From Eledone cirrhosa (taxonomy: Eukaryota), in contig OZ024757.1 in NCBI GenBank assembly GCA_964016885.1, forward strand, positions 21,762,001-21,826,000: a DNA stretch of 64,000 bases, written 5' to 3'. This document shows, in pieces, positions 40,268-54,856 of this stretch. Position numbers and translations under genes: made by a program. Positions within the stretch are counted from its first letter, which is position 1. The number at the start of each line of letters is the position of its first letter. Below the pieces are notes generated by a model that was given only the letters and a program-made list of their open reading frames with translations, did not search any database and was not told where the DNA came from.

Positions 40268-40620
40268 TAAAAGAGAAAACACAGGTAAGCATTAAGAGAA
40301 GGATTTTATCCAGGTATTTATGACCGTTTCATTGGTAAGTGCAACCTTATATTGCTATACTGAACAACAATTATAATTGAGTGGCTGCTATTTGCAGTAT
40401 AGCAATATAAGGTTGCACTTACCAATGAAACGGTCGTAAATACCTGGATAAAATCCTTCTCTTAATGCTTACCTGTGTTTTCTCTTTTATACTTTATACT
40501 CCAAGATTGAATGGAATTCTTACAAACTTGTGGAGTTACCCCTAACCGTACGTTGAAACCATCCATGAAACTGGCTTTCTTAACCAAGAACTTGATCACA
40601 ATAAGCAATTTTTTGCTTCT

Positions 40621-40625
<5 letters not shown>
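40264..40625. mobile_element. Penelope-like foldback element in (TA)n
   Basis: ~100-bp inverted arms 40264-40362/40395-40493 with GAAACGGTC and its complement. Confidence 0.6.
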
Positions 40626-40689
<64 letters not shown>

Positions 40690-40691
<2 letters not shown>

Positions 40692-41494
40692 CAGCTTATA
40701 CTGCTGTTGGCCACAAAAGGTTTCTCTCTAAAAATGAAAGGCAGATTGTATGATACCTGTATATGAACAGCAATGTTACACGGCAGTGAGACATGGGCAT
40801 TGTATGCAGAGGACCTGCGCAAACTGGAAAGGAACGTATGTATAATAGTAATATACGCGATGTATAATAGTAATATATGCGAACGGCAAAACATAAATGA
40901 ACTAAGTGAGAAATTAGGAATAAGAGGGATCAGATGCTGTTTACTCGAGAGAAGACTACGTTGGTATGGTCACGTGATGCACATGAAAGACGACAGCTGT
41001 ATAAAAAAGTGCAGGGCGATCTAATTTGATGAAAGTTATGGAGTAGGTAGACCCAGAAAAACCTGGGACGATTTCATAAATTCAAACCTTACACACTTGC
41101 ACCTCTCTAAGACAATGTCAGTGGACCAAGATCGTTGGCGTCACACAATAATACAGAAGACCCGCCTTACCTATGTACAAAGCGAAACCTACAGTCAGTA
41201 GGCACCTCTTAATCAAATATATACCCCTTCCCACCAACACCTCCCTTTCTCTGTAAAGTTATGTTGGTACCACAACATCCAGTCCAAACTAACGAGGTCA
41301 TGTAGGTGCCACGACAAAAAAACACACAGTCCACACTGTAATGTGGTTGGTGTTAGGAAGGGCATCCATCTGTAGAAAACATGCCAGATAGTCCTATACG
41401 AGCGAGACACAGTCACCTGATCAATTTTACCTCAAGTGGGACAATTCCCATCTAACCCATACTAGCGTGGAAGATAGATGTTAAACGATGATGA

Positions 41495-41497
<3 letters not shown>
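40690..41497 (+). mobile_element. RTE LINE subfamily 2 3' fragment with long 3'UTR
   Basis: MLHGSETW..RRLRWYGHVM..GRPRKTW, then ggttggtgttaggaagggcatcc and (GAT)n. Confidence 0.85.
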
Positions 41498-41529
<32 letters not shown>

Positions 41530-41532
<3 letters not shown>

Positions 41533-41870
41533 TCATCATCATTTCATTTTACGTCCACTTTTCCCTGCTTGCAAGGGTGGGACGGGAACTGATTCTGGCT
41601 TGATTTCTACAGCTGGATGCCCTTCCTAACAACAACCTCATTTACAGTGAGTGCTGGGTGCTTTTTTCCTGTGGCACCTCCACAACCACTTTGCAGTGGA
41701 ATGATATGGACCCCAGTCCCTATCATCTCATTTCTACAGCTGAGTAAACTGGAGCAATGTGAAATAAAGTGTCTTGCTCAAGGAAACAACACATCACCCG
41801 GTCTGAGAATTGAACTCACAACCTTTCGATTGCAAGGCCAATGCTCTAACCACTAAGCCATGTGCCCCCA
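41530..41870 (-). mobile_element. Family B SINE
   Basis: Head, core and tail as other copies. Confidence 0.88.
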
Positions 41871-42010
41871 TATATATATATATTACTGACACTTCAGTGC
41901 AGAGTAGAGCACTCAATGAAGTGTGCTGGTGGGTTTGTTTACTCCAGAGTAATTTAAAAACAAGAAGTGTAAGTCAACAGGTTAAAATTAACTTCATTTA
42001 TTCATATTCA

Positions 42011-42067
42011 CTGCAATATATATTTCGGTGATAACCATTATTCAACAGTTATGACCTCATCAGGCAG
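42011..42067 (-). ncRNA. Type-I minimal hammerhead ribozyme motif
   Basis: ctgc-CTGATGA-ggtcataactgtt gaat aatggttatcacc-GAAA-tatata-TT-gcag. Confidence 0.7.
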
Positions 42068-43275
42068 CTAGAACTTAGACAGAAAAACATAAAGAACTGG
42101 TGGCATATGCCACCAATTCTTTGAGGAAACAACACCATACTTCGGGACAGGGCATATCAAAGGACTGCAATAATGGAGGTAAACTTTGATAGGTAGACAG
42201 ACATACAGGCAGGCAGACAGGCAGACAGACAGACAGACATACAGACAGACAGACAGGCAGGCAAGCACGCAGGCAGATAGATAGATAGATAGATATGTTT
42301 GTGTATGACTGTATTTAGTGGTGGTTTGTTGGTGTAGTGGTTTGGAGGTTTGTTGGTTTGGTGGTCTTGTAATTTGCTGGTCTGGTGGTTTAGTAGTTTG
42401 GTAATTTGTTGGTTTGTTGGTGTGGTAGTGTGGTGGTTTGGAGATTTTCTGGTTTGTTGGTTTGATGGTGAGATGGTTTGTTGAAGTGGTGGTTTGGTGG
42501 TTTGTTGGTGTGGTGGTTTGGTGGTTTAGGGTTTTGGTAATTTGGTTGTTTGGTGGTTTGGTAATTTAGTGGTTTGGTGGGTTGGTGGCGTGGTGGTGTG
42601 GCATTTTAGTGGTTTGTGGGTTAGTTTCTTTCCAGCCTGTTAAATACCACCTCTACTACTACAGCCACAACCATAGACACTACCTAACCACCATAATGAC
42701 ACCCACAACAGTGACTGACACACCCAACACCACCACCACAAATATCACAACTGCCACAACCAACAATTCCAATGATACCACCACCTCATTCACCACCACC
42801 ACCATCCCCATTACCACCACAACTACCACTACCATTACCATTACCACCACCACAACGACCACCGCTGCCACCACCACCATTACCACCACAACGACGACGA
42901 CGACCACCACCACCACCACCATTACCACCACCACCACCATAATGACCATCACCACCACCACCACCACAACGACCACCACTGCCATCATCACCACCACCAT
43001 TACCACCACAACGACCACCGCTGCCATCACCACCACTGCCACCACCACCACTGCCACCACCACCACTACCCCCACCACCACAACCATCAACAACAACAAT
43101 ACCAGCAGCAATAACAGGGAAAAAATATTACTTTACAAAGGACAATGTCTTCTGCCTTCAATTATTTACTACAATGGAAAGATGTTACTATTGGCACATA
43201 TACACATACATGCATTCACATATACACACACACACACACATATATATATATAAACACATACATGCATTCACATAT

Positions 43276-43306
<31 letters not shown>

Positions 43307-43327
43307 CACATACATGCATTCACATAT

Positions 43328-43362
<35 letters not shown>

Positions 43363-43837
43363 AACACATACATGCATTCACATATACACACACACATATA
43401 TATATATATATATGTGTATATATATATATATATATATACCTACACGTACGTATATTCATAGACACACATAAACGCACAAACATATATATATACATACATT
43501 CACATGTATATATATATACATACATTCACATATATATAGATACATTCACACATATATATATACATACATTCACATGTATATATATACATACATTCACATG
43601 TATATATATATACATACATTCACATATATATACATACATTCACACACATATATATACATTCACATATATATACATTCAGATATACATATATACATACATT
43701 CACACATATATATATATATGCATATATACAAATACACACATATATGCACATATATACACATACATGCATATATATATATACATATATACAAGCATATATA
43801 TACATACATGTATTTATATACACACACACACATATAA

Positions 43838-43868
<31 letters not shown>

Positions 43869-43875
43869 AATGCAT

Positions 43876-43911
<36 letters not shown>

Positions 43912-44116
43912 AACACACATGAAAATATTGATTGTTAAACGTGAAAGGAGCTATTGTTTCTGTAACAACTCTACTAGTATTGATTGTCCAGTGGAAGGAT
44001 TCTTTGTAGAATTCTCAGTCTTTTTTTAGTCCAATGCCAGATACAAATGCCACTAGCTAAGCCAAGCTTGGCAAATTAAGGTTATTGTTGGACTTTGTCT
44101 TTCTTTTTTACACCAC

Positions 44117-46420
44117 CCTGGGAGCTTTTTAGTGTGGCACCAGCACTACCATTTTACAGGGTGGACTGGGTGTTTTTATTGTGGCACCAGCACTACCACT
44201 TTACAGGGTAGACTGGGTGTTTTTATTGTGGCACCAGCACTACCACTTTACAGGGTAGACTGGGTGCTTTTTATTGTGGCACCAGCATTACCACTTTACA
44301 GGGTAGACTGGGTGTTTTTATTGTGGCACCAGCATTACTACTTTACATGGTGGACTGGGTGTTTTTATTGTGGGACCAGCATTACTACTTTACAGGGTAG
44401 ACTGGGTGTTTTTATTGTGGCACCAGCACTACCACTTTACATAATTGACTGGGTGCTTTTTATTGTGGCACCAGCACTACCACTTTACAGGGTAGACTGG
44501 GTGTTTTTATTGTGGCACCAGCATTACTACTTTACAGGGTAGACTGGGTGTTTTTATTGTGGCACCAGCACTACCACTTTACAGGGTAGACTGGGTGTTT
44601 TTATTGTGGCACCAGCATTACTACTTTACAGGGTAGACTGGGTGTTTTTATTGTGGCACCAGCACTACCACTTTACAGGGTAGACTGGGTGTTTTTATTG
44701 TGGAACCAGCATTACCACTTTACAGGGTAGACTGGGTGTTTTTATTGTGGCACCAGCACTACCACTTTACATAATTGACTGGGTGCTTTTTATTGTGGCA
44801 CCAGCATTACCACTTTACAGGGTAGACTGGGTGTTTTTATTGTGGCACCAGCATTACTACTTTACATGGTGGACTGGGTGTTTTTATTGTGGCACCAGCA
44901 TTACTACTTTACAGGGTGGACTGGGTGTTTTTATTGTGGCACTAGCACTACCACTTTACAGGGTAGACTGGGTGTTTTTATTGTGGCACCAGCACTACCA
45001 CTTTACAGGGCAGATTGGGTGTTTTTATTGTGGAACCAGCATTACCACTTTACAGGGTAGACTGGGTGTTTTTATTGTGGCACCAGCACTACCACTTTAC
45101 ATAATTGACTGGGTGCTTTTTATTGTGGCACCAGCATTACCACTTTACAGGGTAGACTGGGTGTTTTTATTGTGGCACCAGCATTACTACTTTACATGGT
45201 GGACTGGGTGTTTTTATTGTGGCACCAGCATTACTACTTTACAGGGTGGACTGGGTGTTTTTATTGTGGCACTAGCACTACCACTTTACAGGGTAGACTG
45301 GGTGTTTTTATTGTGGCACCAGCACTACCACTTTACAGGGCAGATTGGGTGTTTTTATTGTGGCACCAGCATTACCACTTTACAGGGTAGACTGGGTGTT
45401 TTTATTGTGGCACCAGCATTACCACTTTACAGGGTAGACTGGGTGCTTTTTATTGTGGCACCAGCATTACCACTTTACAGGGTAGACTGGGTGTTTTTAT
45501 TGTGGCACCAGCATTACTACTTTACATGGTGGACTGGGTGTTTTTATTGTGGCACCAGCATTACTACTTTACAGGGTGGACTGGGTGTTTTTATTGTGGC
45601 ACCAGCACTACCACTTTACAGGGTAGACTGGGTGTTTTTATTGTGGCACCAGCACTACCACTTTACAGGGCAGATTGGGTGTTTTTATTGTGGCACCAGC
45701 ATTACCACTTTACAGGGTAGACTGGGTGTTTTTATTGTGGCACCAGCACTACCACTTTACATAATTGACTGGGTGCTTTTTATTGTGGCACCAGCATTAC
45801 CACTTTATAGGGTAGACTGGGTGTTTTTATTGTGGCACCAGCATTACCACTTTACAGGGTAGACTGGGTGTTTTTATTGTGACACCAGCACTACCACTTT
45901 ACATAATTGACTGGGTGCTTTTTATTGTGGTACCAGCACTACCACCTTACATATTTGACTGAGTGACTTTTACTGTGGTACCAGCACTACCACCTTACAG
46001 GGTGGACTGGTAACTTTTCTTGTGACACCAGCACTACCACCCTACATATTTGACTGGTTACTTTTCTTGTGACACCAGCACTACCACCTTACATATTTGA
46101 CTGAGTGACTTTTATTGTGGTACCAGCACTACCACCTTACAGGGTGGACTGGTGACTTTTATTGTGACACCAGCACTACCACATTACATATTTGACTGGT
46201 GACTTTTATTGTGACACCAGCACTACTACCTTACAGGGTGGACTGGGTTTTATTTTTGTCATGGCACCAACCTTACAGAGTGAACTGGGGGTCTTTTGTT
46301 GTGGCACCGGTACTACCATTTTACAGGGTAGAGTGGGTGACGTTTATTGTGGCACCAGCACTACCACCTTACAGGGTAGACTGGGAGCTTTTTCTGCATG
46401 GCACCAGCACTAATCCATAA
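44117..46420. repeat. 47-bp tandem array with a 330-bp higher-order period
   Basis: Unit ctgggtgtttttattgtggcaccagcactaccactttacagggtaga; ORFs repeat at 44842/45172/45502. Confidence 0.95.
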
Positions 46421-46446
46421 CCCTCCATTCCAATATATATACTTAC

Positions 46447-46551
46447 ACTCTCACTGGGGTTTCAATAAAATTGATTACATTTGCTCCAATCCAACATTGT
46501 AATCCAATATCAATAAAACAGAAATCAATATTTATACTAAACTGATCGAAA
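46447..46551 (-). other. Weak candidate 105-nt exon (open in phase 2)
   Basis: tgtttatttcag|TTTCGATC...GTGAGAGT|gtaagtat; peptide not recognised. Confidence 0.25.
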
Positions 46552-46616
46552 CTGAAATAAACACAGGTAGGGATGAGAGATTAGCTTATTTTTTAACTAA
46601 ACCAAACTATTATTAT

Positions 46617-47014
46617 CTGGCGGAATCGGTAGAGTGTCGGACACCATGCTTTGCAGCACAGAGTTATGGCCGTTTACGGTCTGAGTTAAAATCCTGTCGA
46701 GGTTAACTTTGCCTTTCATCCTTACAAGATCGATGAAATAAAGTACCAGTAATGTAGTAGGTAATTTGCTGGCCTTGTGCCAAAAGTATAAACAATTATT
46801 ATTATTATCTCCAAGGGCGGTGGATTGGCAATATCGGTAGAGGGTTTGACGCCATGCTTTCCAGCATAGTTACGTCCCTTTACGATCTGAGTTCAAATCC
46901 CACCGAGGTTGACTTTGCCTTTCATCCTTACAGGGTCGATAAAATAAAGTACCAGTAATGCACTTGGTAATTGCTGGCCTTGTGCCTAAAGTAGAAACAA
47001 TTATTATCTCCAAG
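46617..47014 (+). mobile_element. Two tandem family A SINEs; second with TSD attattatctccaag
   Basis: TSD at 46801-46815 and ~47000-47014. Confidence 0.85.
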
Positions 47015-47481
47015 TTATTTCTAACTTTACATCAAGTACATCTTTTGGTTTTTTATTATGCTTATTTCATTTATTTTATTAAATTTCTATATTTTGTTTG
47101 TTTATTTATTTATATTTTCATTTATTTATTTATATTTTCATTTATTTATTCATATTTTCATTTATTTATTTATATTTTCATTTATTTATTTATATTTTCA
47201 TTTATTTAAATTTCTTTATAGTTTGATTATTTGATTATTTATTTCTGTAAAAGTTAAGATATTTGTCTTTTGTTGATATCTACACAATACAGTTCTCTGT
47301 GTGTGTATGTGTCTGTGTGTGTGTGTGTATATGTGTGTGTATGTGTGATCTGTGTGTGTGTATGATCTATGTGTGTATGTATGATCTGTGTGTGTACATG
47401 TGTGTGTATGATCTGTGTGTGTATGTATGATCTGTGTGTGTATGATCTCTGTGTGTTATGTGTTTATGTGTGTGTATGATC

Positions 47482-47514
<33 letters not shown>

Positions 47515-47706
47515 CAGTGTATGATCTGTGCGTGTGATATGTGTGTGTGTACCACCTGTATATTACCACTCACTGTTTAAGGGTCAGTCCAGCTCATGAT
47601 CCCACCTGATAGGATGGAGAAGACATGCCACCCGCCCCTTAAAAGCTAGCAAGGGAGACATGCAGGAATAGTAACCCCTACTTCACATGAATCCTACATA
47701 ATGGTA

Positions 47707-50700
47707 GCCAACACCACTCCAACAACAGAGAGTAGGGATGTGATCTGGGAGACAAGAACTCCAGATGTCTCCAGTGTTATAGGTTTCACAAGATGCCAGT
47801 CCCCATCAAGGGTCTCCTGCCAACACCACTCCAACAACAGAGAGTAGGGATGTGATCTGGGAGACAAGAACTCCAGATGTCTCCAGTGTTATAGGTTTCA
47901 CAAGATGCCAGTCCCCATCAAGGGTCTCATGCCAACACCACTCCAGCAACAGAGAGTAGGGATGTGATCTGGGAGACAAGAACTCCAGATGTCTCCAGTG
48001 TTATAGGTTTCACAAGATGCCAGTCCCCATTAAGGGTCTCATGCCAACACCACCCCAACAACAGAGAGTAGGGATGGGATCTGGGAGACAAGAACTCCAG
48101 ATGTCTCCACTGTTATAGGTTTCACAAGATGCCAGTCCCCATTAAGGGTCTCATGCCAACACCACCCCAACAACAGAGAGTAGGGATGTGATCTGGGAGA
48201 CAAGAACTCCAGATGTCTCCAGTGTTATAGGTTTCACAAGATGCCAGTCCCCATCAAGGGTCTCATGCCAACACCACCCCAACAACAGAGAGTAGGGATG
48301 TGATCTGGGAGACAAGAACTCCAGATGTCTCCAGTGTTATAGGTTTCACAAGATGCCAGTCCCCATTAAGGGTCTCATGCCAACACCACCCCAACAACAG
48401 AGAGTAGGGATGTGATCTGGGAGACAAGAACTCCAGATGTCTCCAGTGTTATAGGGTTCACAAGATGCCAGTCCCCATTAAGGGTCTCATGCCAACACCA
48501 CCCCAACAACAGAGAGTAGGGATGTGATCTGGGAGACAAGAACTCCAGATGTCTCCAGTGTTATAGGTTTCACAAGATGCCAGTCCCCATCAAGGGTCTC
48601 ATGCCAACACCACTCCAACAACAGAGAGTAGGGATGTGATCTGGGAGACAAGAACTCCAGATGTCTCCAGTGTTATAGGTTTCACAAGATGCCAGTCCCC
48701 ATCAAGGGTCTCCTGCCAACACCACTCCAACAACAGAGAGTAGGGATGTGATCTGGGAGACAAGAACTCCAGATGTCTCCACTGTTATAGGGTTCACAAG
48801 ATGCCAGTCCTCATCAAGGGTCTCCTGCCAACACCACTCCCAACAACAGAGAGTAGGGATGTGATCTGGGAGACAAGAACTCCAGATGTCTCCAGTGTTA
48901 TAGGTTTCACAAGATGCCAGTCCCCATCAAGGGTCTCCTGCCAACACCACTCCAACAACAGAGAGTAGGGATGTGATCTGGGAGACAAGAACTCCAGATG
49001 TCTCCACTGTTATAGGTTTCACAAGATGCCAGTCCCCATCAAAGGTCTCCTGCCAACACCACTCCAACAACAGAGAGTAGGGATGTGATCTGGGAGACAA
49101 GAACTCCAGATGTCTCCACTGTTATAGGGTTCACAAGATGCCAGTCCCCATCAAGGGTCTCCTGCCAACACCACTCCCAACAACAGAGAGTAGGGATGTG
49201 ATCTGGGAGACAAGAACTCCAGATGTCTCCAGTGTTATAGGTTTCACAAGATGCCAGTCCCCATCAAGGGTCTCCTGCCAACACCACTCCAACAACAGAG
49301 AGTAGGGATTTGATCTGGGAGACAAGAACTCCAGATGTCTCCACTGTTATAGGTTTCACAAGATGCCAGTCCCCATCAAAGGTCTCCTGCCAACACCACT
49401 CCAACAACAGAGAGTAGGGATGTGATCTGGGAGAGAAGAACTCCAGATGTCTCCACTGTTTTAGGTTTCACAAGATGCCAGTCCCCATCAAGGGTCTCAT
49501 GCCAACACCACCCCAACAACAGAGAGTAGGGATGTGATCTGGGAGACAAGAACTCCAGATGTATCCAGTGTTATAGGTTTCACAAGATGCCAGTCCCCAT
49601 CAAGGGTCTCATGCCAACACCACCCCAACAACAGAGAGTAGGGATGTGATCTGGGAGACAAGAACTCCAGATGTCTCCACTGTTATAGGTTTCACAAGAT
49701 GCCAGTCCCTATCAAGGGTCTCCTGCCAACACCACCCCAACAACAGAGAGTAGGGATGTGATCTGGGAGACAAGAACTCCAGATGTCTCCAGTGTTATAG
49801 GTTTCACAAGATGCCAGTCCCCATCAAGGGTCTCATGCCAACACCACCCCAACAACAGAGAGTAGGGATGTGATCTGGGAGACAAGAACTCCAGATGTCT
49901 CCACTGTTATAGGTTTCACAAGATGCCAGTCCCCATTAAGGGTCTCATGCCAACACCACCCCAACAACAGAGAGTAGGGATGTGATCTGGGAGACAAGAA
50001 CTCCAGATGTCTCCAGTGTTATAGGTTTCACAAGATGCCAGTCCCCATTAAGGGTCTCATGCCAACACCACCACAACAACAGAGAGTAGGGATGTGATCT
50101 GGGAGACAAGACCTCCAGATGTCTCCAGTGTTATAGGGTTCACAAGATGCCAGTCCCCATCAAGGGTCTCCTGCCAACACCACCCCAACAACAGAGAGTA
50201 GGGATGTGATCTGGGAGACAAGAACTCCAGATCTCTCCAGTGTTATAGGTTTCACAAGATGCCAGTCCCCATCAAGGGTCTCATGCCAACACCACTCCAA
50301 CAACAGAGAGTAGGGATGTGATCTGGGAGACAAGAACTCCAGATGTCTCCAGTGTTATAGGTTTCACAAGATGCCAGTCCCCATCAAGGGTCTCCTGCCA
50401 ACACCACTCCAACAACAGAGAGTAGGGATGTGATCTGGGAGACAAGAACTCCAGATGTCTCCACTGTTATAGGGTTCACAAGATGCCAGTCCCCATCAAG
50501 GGTCTCCTGCCAACACCACTCCCAACAACAGAGAGTAGGGATGTGATCTGGGAGACAAGAACTCCAGATGTCTCCAGTGTTATAGGTTTCACAAGATGCC
50601 AGTCCCCATCAAGGGTCTCCTGCCAACACCACTCCAACAACAGAGAGTAGGGATGTGATCTGGGAGACAAGAACTCCAGATGTCTCCACTGTTATAGGTT

Positions 50701-51757
50701 TCACAAGATGCCAGTCCCCATCAAAGGTCTCCTGCCAACACCACTCCAACAACAGAGAGTAGGGATGTGATCTGGGAGACAAGAACTCCAGATGTCTCCA
50801 CTGTTATAGGTTTCACAAGATGCCAGTCCCCATCAAGGGTCTCGTGCCAACACCACTCCAACAACAGAGCGTAGGGATGTGATCTGGGAGACAAGAACTC
50901 CAGATGTCTCCAGTGTTATAGGTTTCACAAGATGCCAGTCCCCATCAAGGGTCTCCTGCCAACACCACCCCAACAACAGAGAGTAGGGATGTGATCTGGG
51001 AGACAAGAACTCCAGATGTCTCCAGTGTTATAGGTTTCACAAGATGCCAGTCCCCATTAAGGGTCTCATGCCAACACCACCCCAACAACAGAGAGTAGGG
51101 ATGTGATCTGGGAGACAAGAACTCCAGATGTCTCCACTGTTATAGGTTTCACAAGATGCCAGTCCCCATCAAGGGTCTCGTGCCAACACCACTCCAACAA
51201 CAGAGAGTAGGGATGTGATCTGGGAGACAAGAACTCCAGATGTCTCCACTGTTATAGGGTTCACAAGATGCCAGTCCCCATCAAGGGTCTCATGCCAACA
51301 CCACTCCAACAACAGAGAGTAGGGATGTGATCTGGGAGACAAGAACTCTAGATGTCTCCACTGTTATAGGTTTCACAAGATGCCAGTCCCCATCAAGGGT
51401 CTCGTGCCAACACCACTCCAACAACAGAGAGTAGGGATGTGATCTGGGAGACAAGAACTCTAGATGTCTCCACTGTTATAGGTTTCACAAGATGCCAGTC
51501 CCCATCAAGGGTCTCATGCCAACACCACCCCAACAACAGAGAGTAGGGATGTGATCTGGGAGACAAGAACTCCAGATGTCTCCAGTGTTATAGGTTTCAC
51601 AAGATGCCAGTCCCCATTAAGGGTCTCATGCTAACACCACTCCAGCAACAGAGAGTAGAGATGTGATCTGGGAGACAAGAACTCCAGATGTCTCCAGTGT
51701 TATAGGGTTCACAAGATGCCAGTCCTCATTAAGGGTCTCATGCTAACTCCACTCTAA
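47707..51757. repeat. 112-bp tandem array, ~36 highly similar units
   Basis: Unit gccaacaccactccaacaacagagagtagggatgtgatctgggagacaagaactccagatgtctccagtgttataggtttcacaagatgccagtccccatcaagggtctcct. Confidence 0.97.
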
Positions 51758-53409
51758 TAGTGGCGCGGGGGTGAGCAAGGACGTTGGAAGTCTCCATTGA
51801 CACAGGTTTAATACCAAACATATCAAAGAGCAACTGATTGGAACACAGTTTGTTTTCCTACTCCTGCATCAAACCCCAACACACTGGCTGTCCTGCTGCT
51901 CCTACCTCTTACTTGGAAGTGTCTTGCCAATCTTACAGATACACCTTCAACACAACTGTAGACCTTGTTAAATTCTTGTTTTTAATTTATTGTATTTTAT
52001 GTATATTTTATCTATATTTGTGGGGTGGGTTAGTTATGTCGTTTCATTGAGGATAGAAAACAAACTTACTTTTCTCTCCCTCCTCATTCACACACACTCA
52101 TCATGTATATATATATATGCATACATACATAAATGCACATATACACACACATGCATGTATGCACACACATGCTTATATACATTTACATACATACATGCAT
52201 ACTTACAAACATCTATGCATATATATATATACATAGATACATACACATGCATGCATACATACATATATACTGTATAGTCATCATAAGCATATATACATAC
52301 ATATGCATACACACTCACATACATATATATACATGCATACATACATGCATAAATACATATATACATACATACACACACACACATACATTCTCATACATAC
52401 ATGTGTACACAAATATACATATATATATATACATAGGCCTAGATACATACACACATACACATTTACACATACATACGTTCATACATACATACGTTCATAC
52501 ATACATACGTTCATACATACTTTTATACATACATATACACAAACATATACATACATATATACATACACTAACACACACATACATACATTTTTTTTAAAAT
52601 CCAGAAATATTTATATATAAAAAATGTTTAAATAAAAGTAATTAAAAAAAAAATGGTAATAAAATCCATCATAAAATAAATAGGAAACTATAAACAGGAA
52701 ATATGAAACAAATGTTAACAGAAATAAGAAAATAAAAGATAAATAACAATTCAAGAGGAAGTATTAGTTATTTAAAATGGATTATATTTCATAGCAATTG
52801 CTATCATTATGAAATCTCTCCTTTCCAACCTCTTTCCAAGGGTTTCATTTTTAGGGGGTTTTCTAAACGTTTTTTTTTTTTGCGGGATATATTTTTTTTT
52901 TTTGCTATCCTCCATTTTTTATTTTTGTTTTCTCCTCTTTCTTCATTGTTATATATTTATTTTTGTTGTTTGTTTTCCTCATTTCCTAGTCATTTGGAAT
53001 TCCTTGGGAAATGTCTATATTTGTATTGATGTCTCTCTGTCTACATTGAAGTTATCGGAGAATTCCACGCCCCAGCAACTGTTACTGTTATACCAGTCCT
53101 ATATGAGCAAGACATGGTCACCTGACCCAACTAATGGGACAACCTGTCTAACCCATGCTAGTGTGGAAAATGGACGTTAAAAGGTAACGATAATATCTAC
53201 ATTTATATGTTAACTGATAAATTTATCAAGAACTTCATATGGCCTTCGCTGTTATTCCCTGTATACACACTCTCACACACACACTCACACATACACACAC
53301 ATTCACACATGCATACACACCACACACATGCACACGCACTCACACACGCACTCATACACACCACGCACTCATACACACCACACACTCTCACACACACACA
53401 CTCACACAT

Positions 53410-53490
<81 letters not shown>

Positions 53491-53599
53491 TACACATATA
53501 TATTTTAATAACCAAGTTAATTGTTCATTATGTGCAGCACAGCTGTCCAAATACATTGAAACATATGATTGATATATATCATTGGAGCATACCATCAAG

Positions 53600-54225
53600 T
53601 CATACCATTGAGACATACCACTGAGACATATCACTGAGACATATCACTGAGACATACCATTGAGATATACCACTGAGACTACCACTGAGACATACCATTG
53701 AGACATACCACTGAGACATACCACTGAGACTACCACTGAGACATACCACTGAGATATACCACAGATATCCCATTGAGATATAACACTGAGACATCCCACT
53801 GAGACATACCACTGAGACATCCCACTGAGATATACCACTGAGACATCCCACTGAGATATACCACTGAGACATCCCACTGAGACATCCCATTGAGATATAA
53901 CACTGAGATATACCACTGAGACATACCATTGAGATATCCCACTGAGACATACCACTGAGACATCCCACTGAGACATACCACTGAGACATCCCATTGAGAT
54001 ATAACACTGAGATATACCACTGAGACATACCATTGAGATATCCCACTGAGATATACCACTGAGACATACCACTGAGACATCCCATTGAGATATAACACTG
54101 AGATATAACACTGAGATATACCACTGATATATACCAGTGAGACATCCCATTGAGATATACCATTGAGATATAACACTGAGATATACCACTGAGATATACC
54201 ACTGAGACATACCACTGAGATATAT
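53600..54225. repeat. 13-15-bp minisatellite (ccactgagacata)
   Basis: Directly visible. Confidence 0.92.
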
Positions 54226-54284
54226 GCATGATTTCAACTCTTCTTATTAATAACTGCATTGTTTCTTTCCAGGGACTGTGTAGA

Positions 54285-54356
54285 AAAATAAGCCTCTTTC
54301 GGTCATTCCATGAGAGTATCATGGTCAGTCTATGAACTTTGCAGCCGACCCTCATA
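54285..54356 (-). mobile_element. Possible mariner-type terminal repeat remnant
   Basis: Minus strand TA-TGAGGGTCGGCTGCAAAGTTCATAGACTGAC. Confidence 0.4.
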
Positions 54357-54549
54357 GATGACAGACCAATGGTAGACCAACAGGCAAAGAACAGATTGGA
54401 AAAAGAAGGACAGAAGGATAGAAGGAGGACAAGAGAAGGATAGAAAGAAGACAAAAGAAGGACTAACACCATCCAACCTCCTCTATAACATGGAGAGGGT
54501 GAGCTCAGATGAAGCTATTTTTATAACCAAAATTGTGAATATACATATA

Positions 54550-54797
54550 TCATCATCATCATCCGTTCTTCCACGCTAGCATGGGTTAGACGGGTTGTCC
54601 TGTTGTGGGCAGTGTCTGGTCGGCTGACCTTGCCTTGCTCATACAGGAACTGATTCTGGCTTGATTTCTACAGCTGGATGCCCTTCCTAACACCAACCTC
54701 ATTTACAGTGAGTGCTGGGTGCCTTTTTCCGTCCACTTTACAGTGTGGGCTGGGTGCTTTTTTGCCGTGGCACCTCCACGACCACCTTGCAGTGGGA
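54550..54797 (-). mobile_element. Headless family B SINE fragment
   Basis: 3' body matches 6888-7100. Confidence 0.8.
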
Positions 54798-54856
54798 GGG
54801 TGTGGCGGCACATATATATATATATGTACAATATATTAATAAATGGAAACTATATT

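Noticed and set aside
44747-45862. 371-aa repetitive ORF
   Set aside because: Stop-free frame through the 47-bp array
47707-51757. CRISPR-like array or hammerhead-bearing satellite
   Set aside because: No unique spacers or cas genes; the minus-strand TTGATGG..GAAAC lacks the exact core and stems I and III
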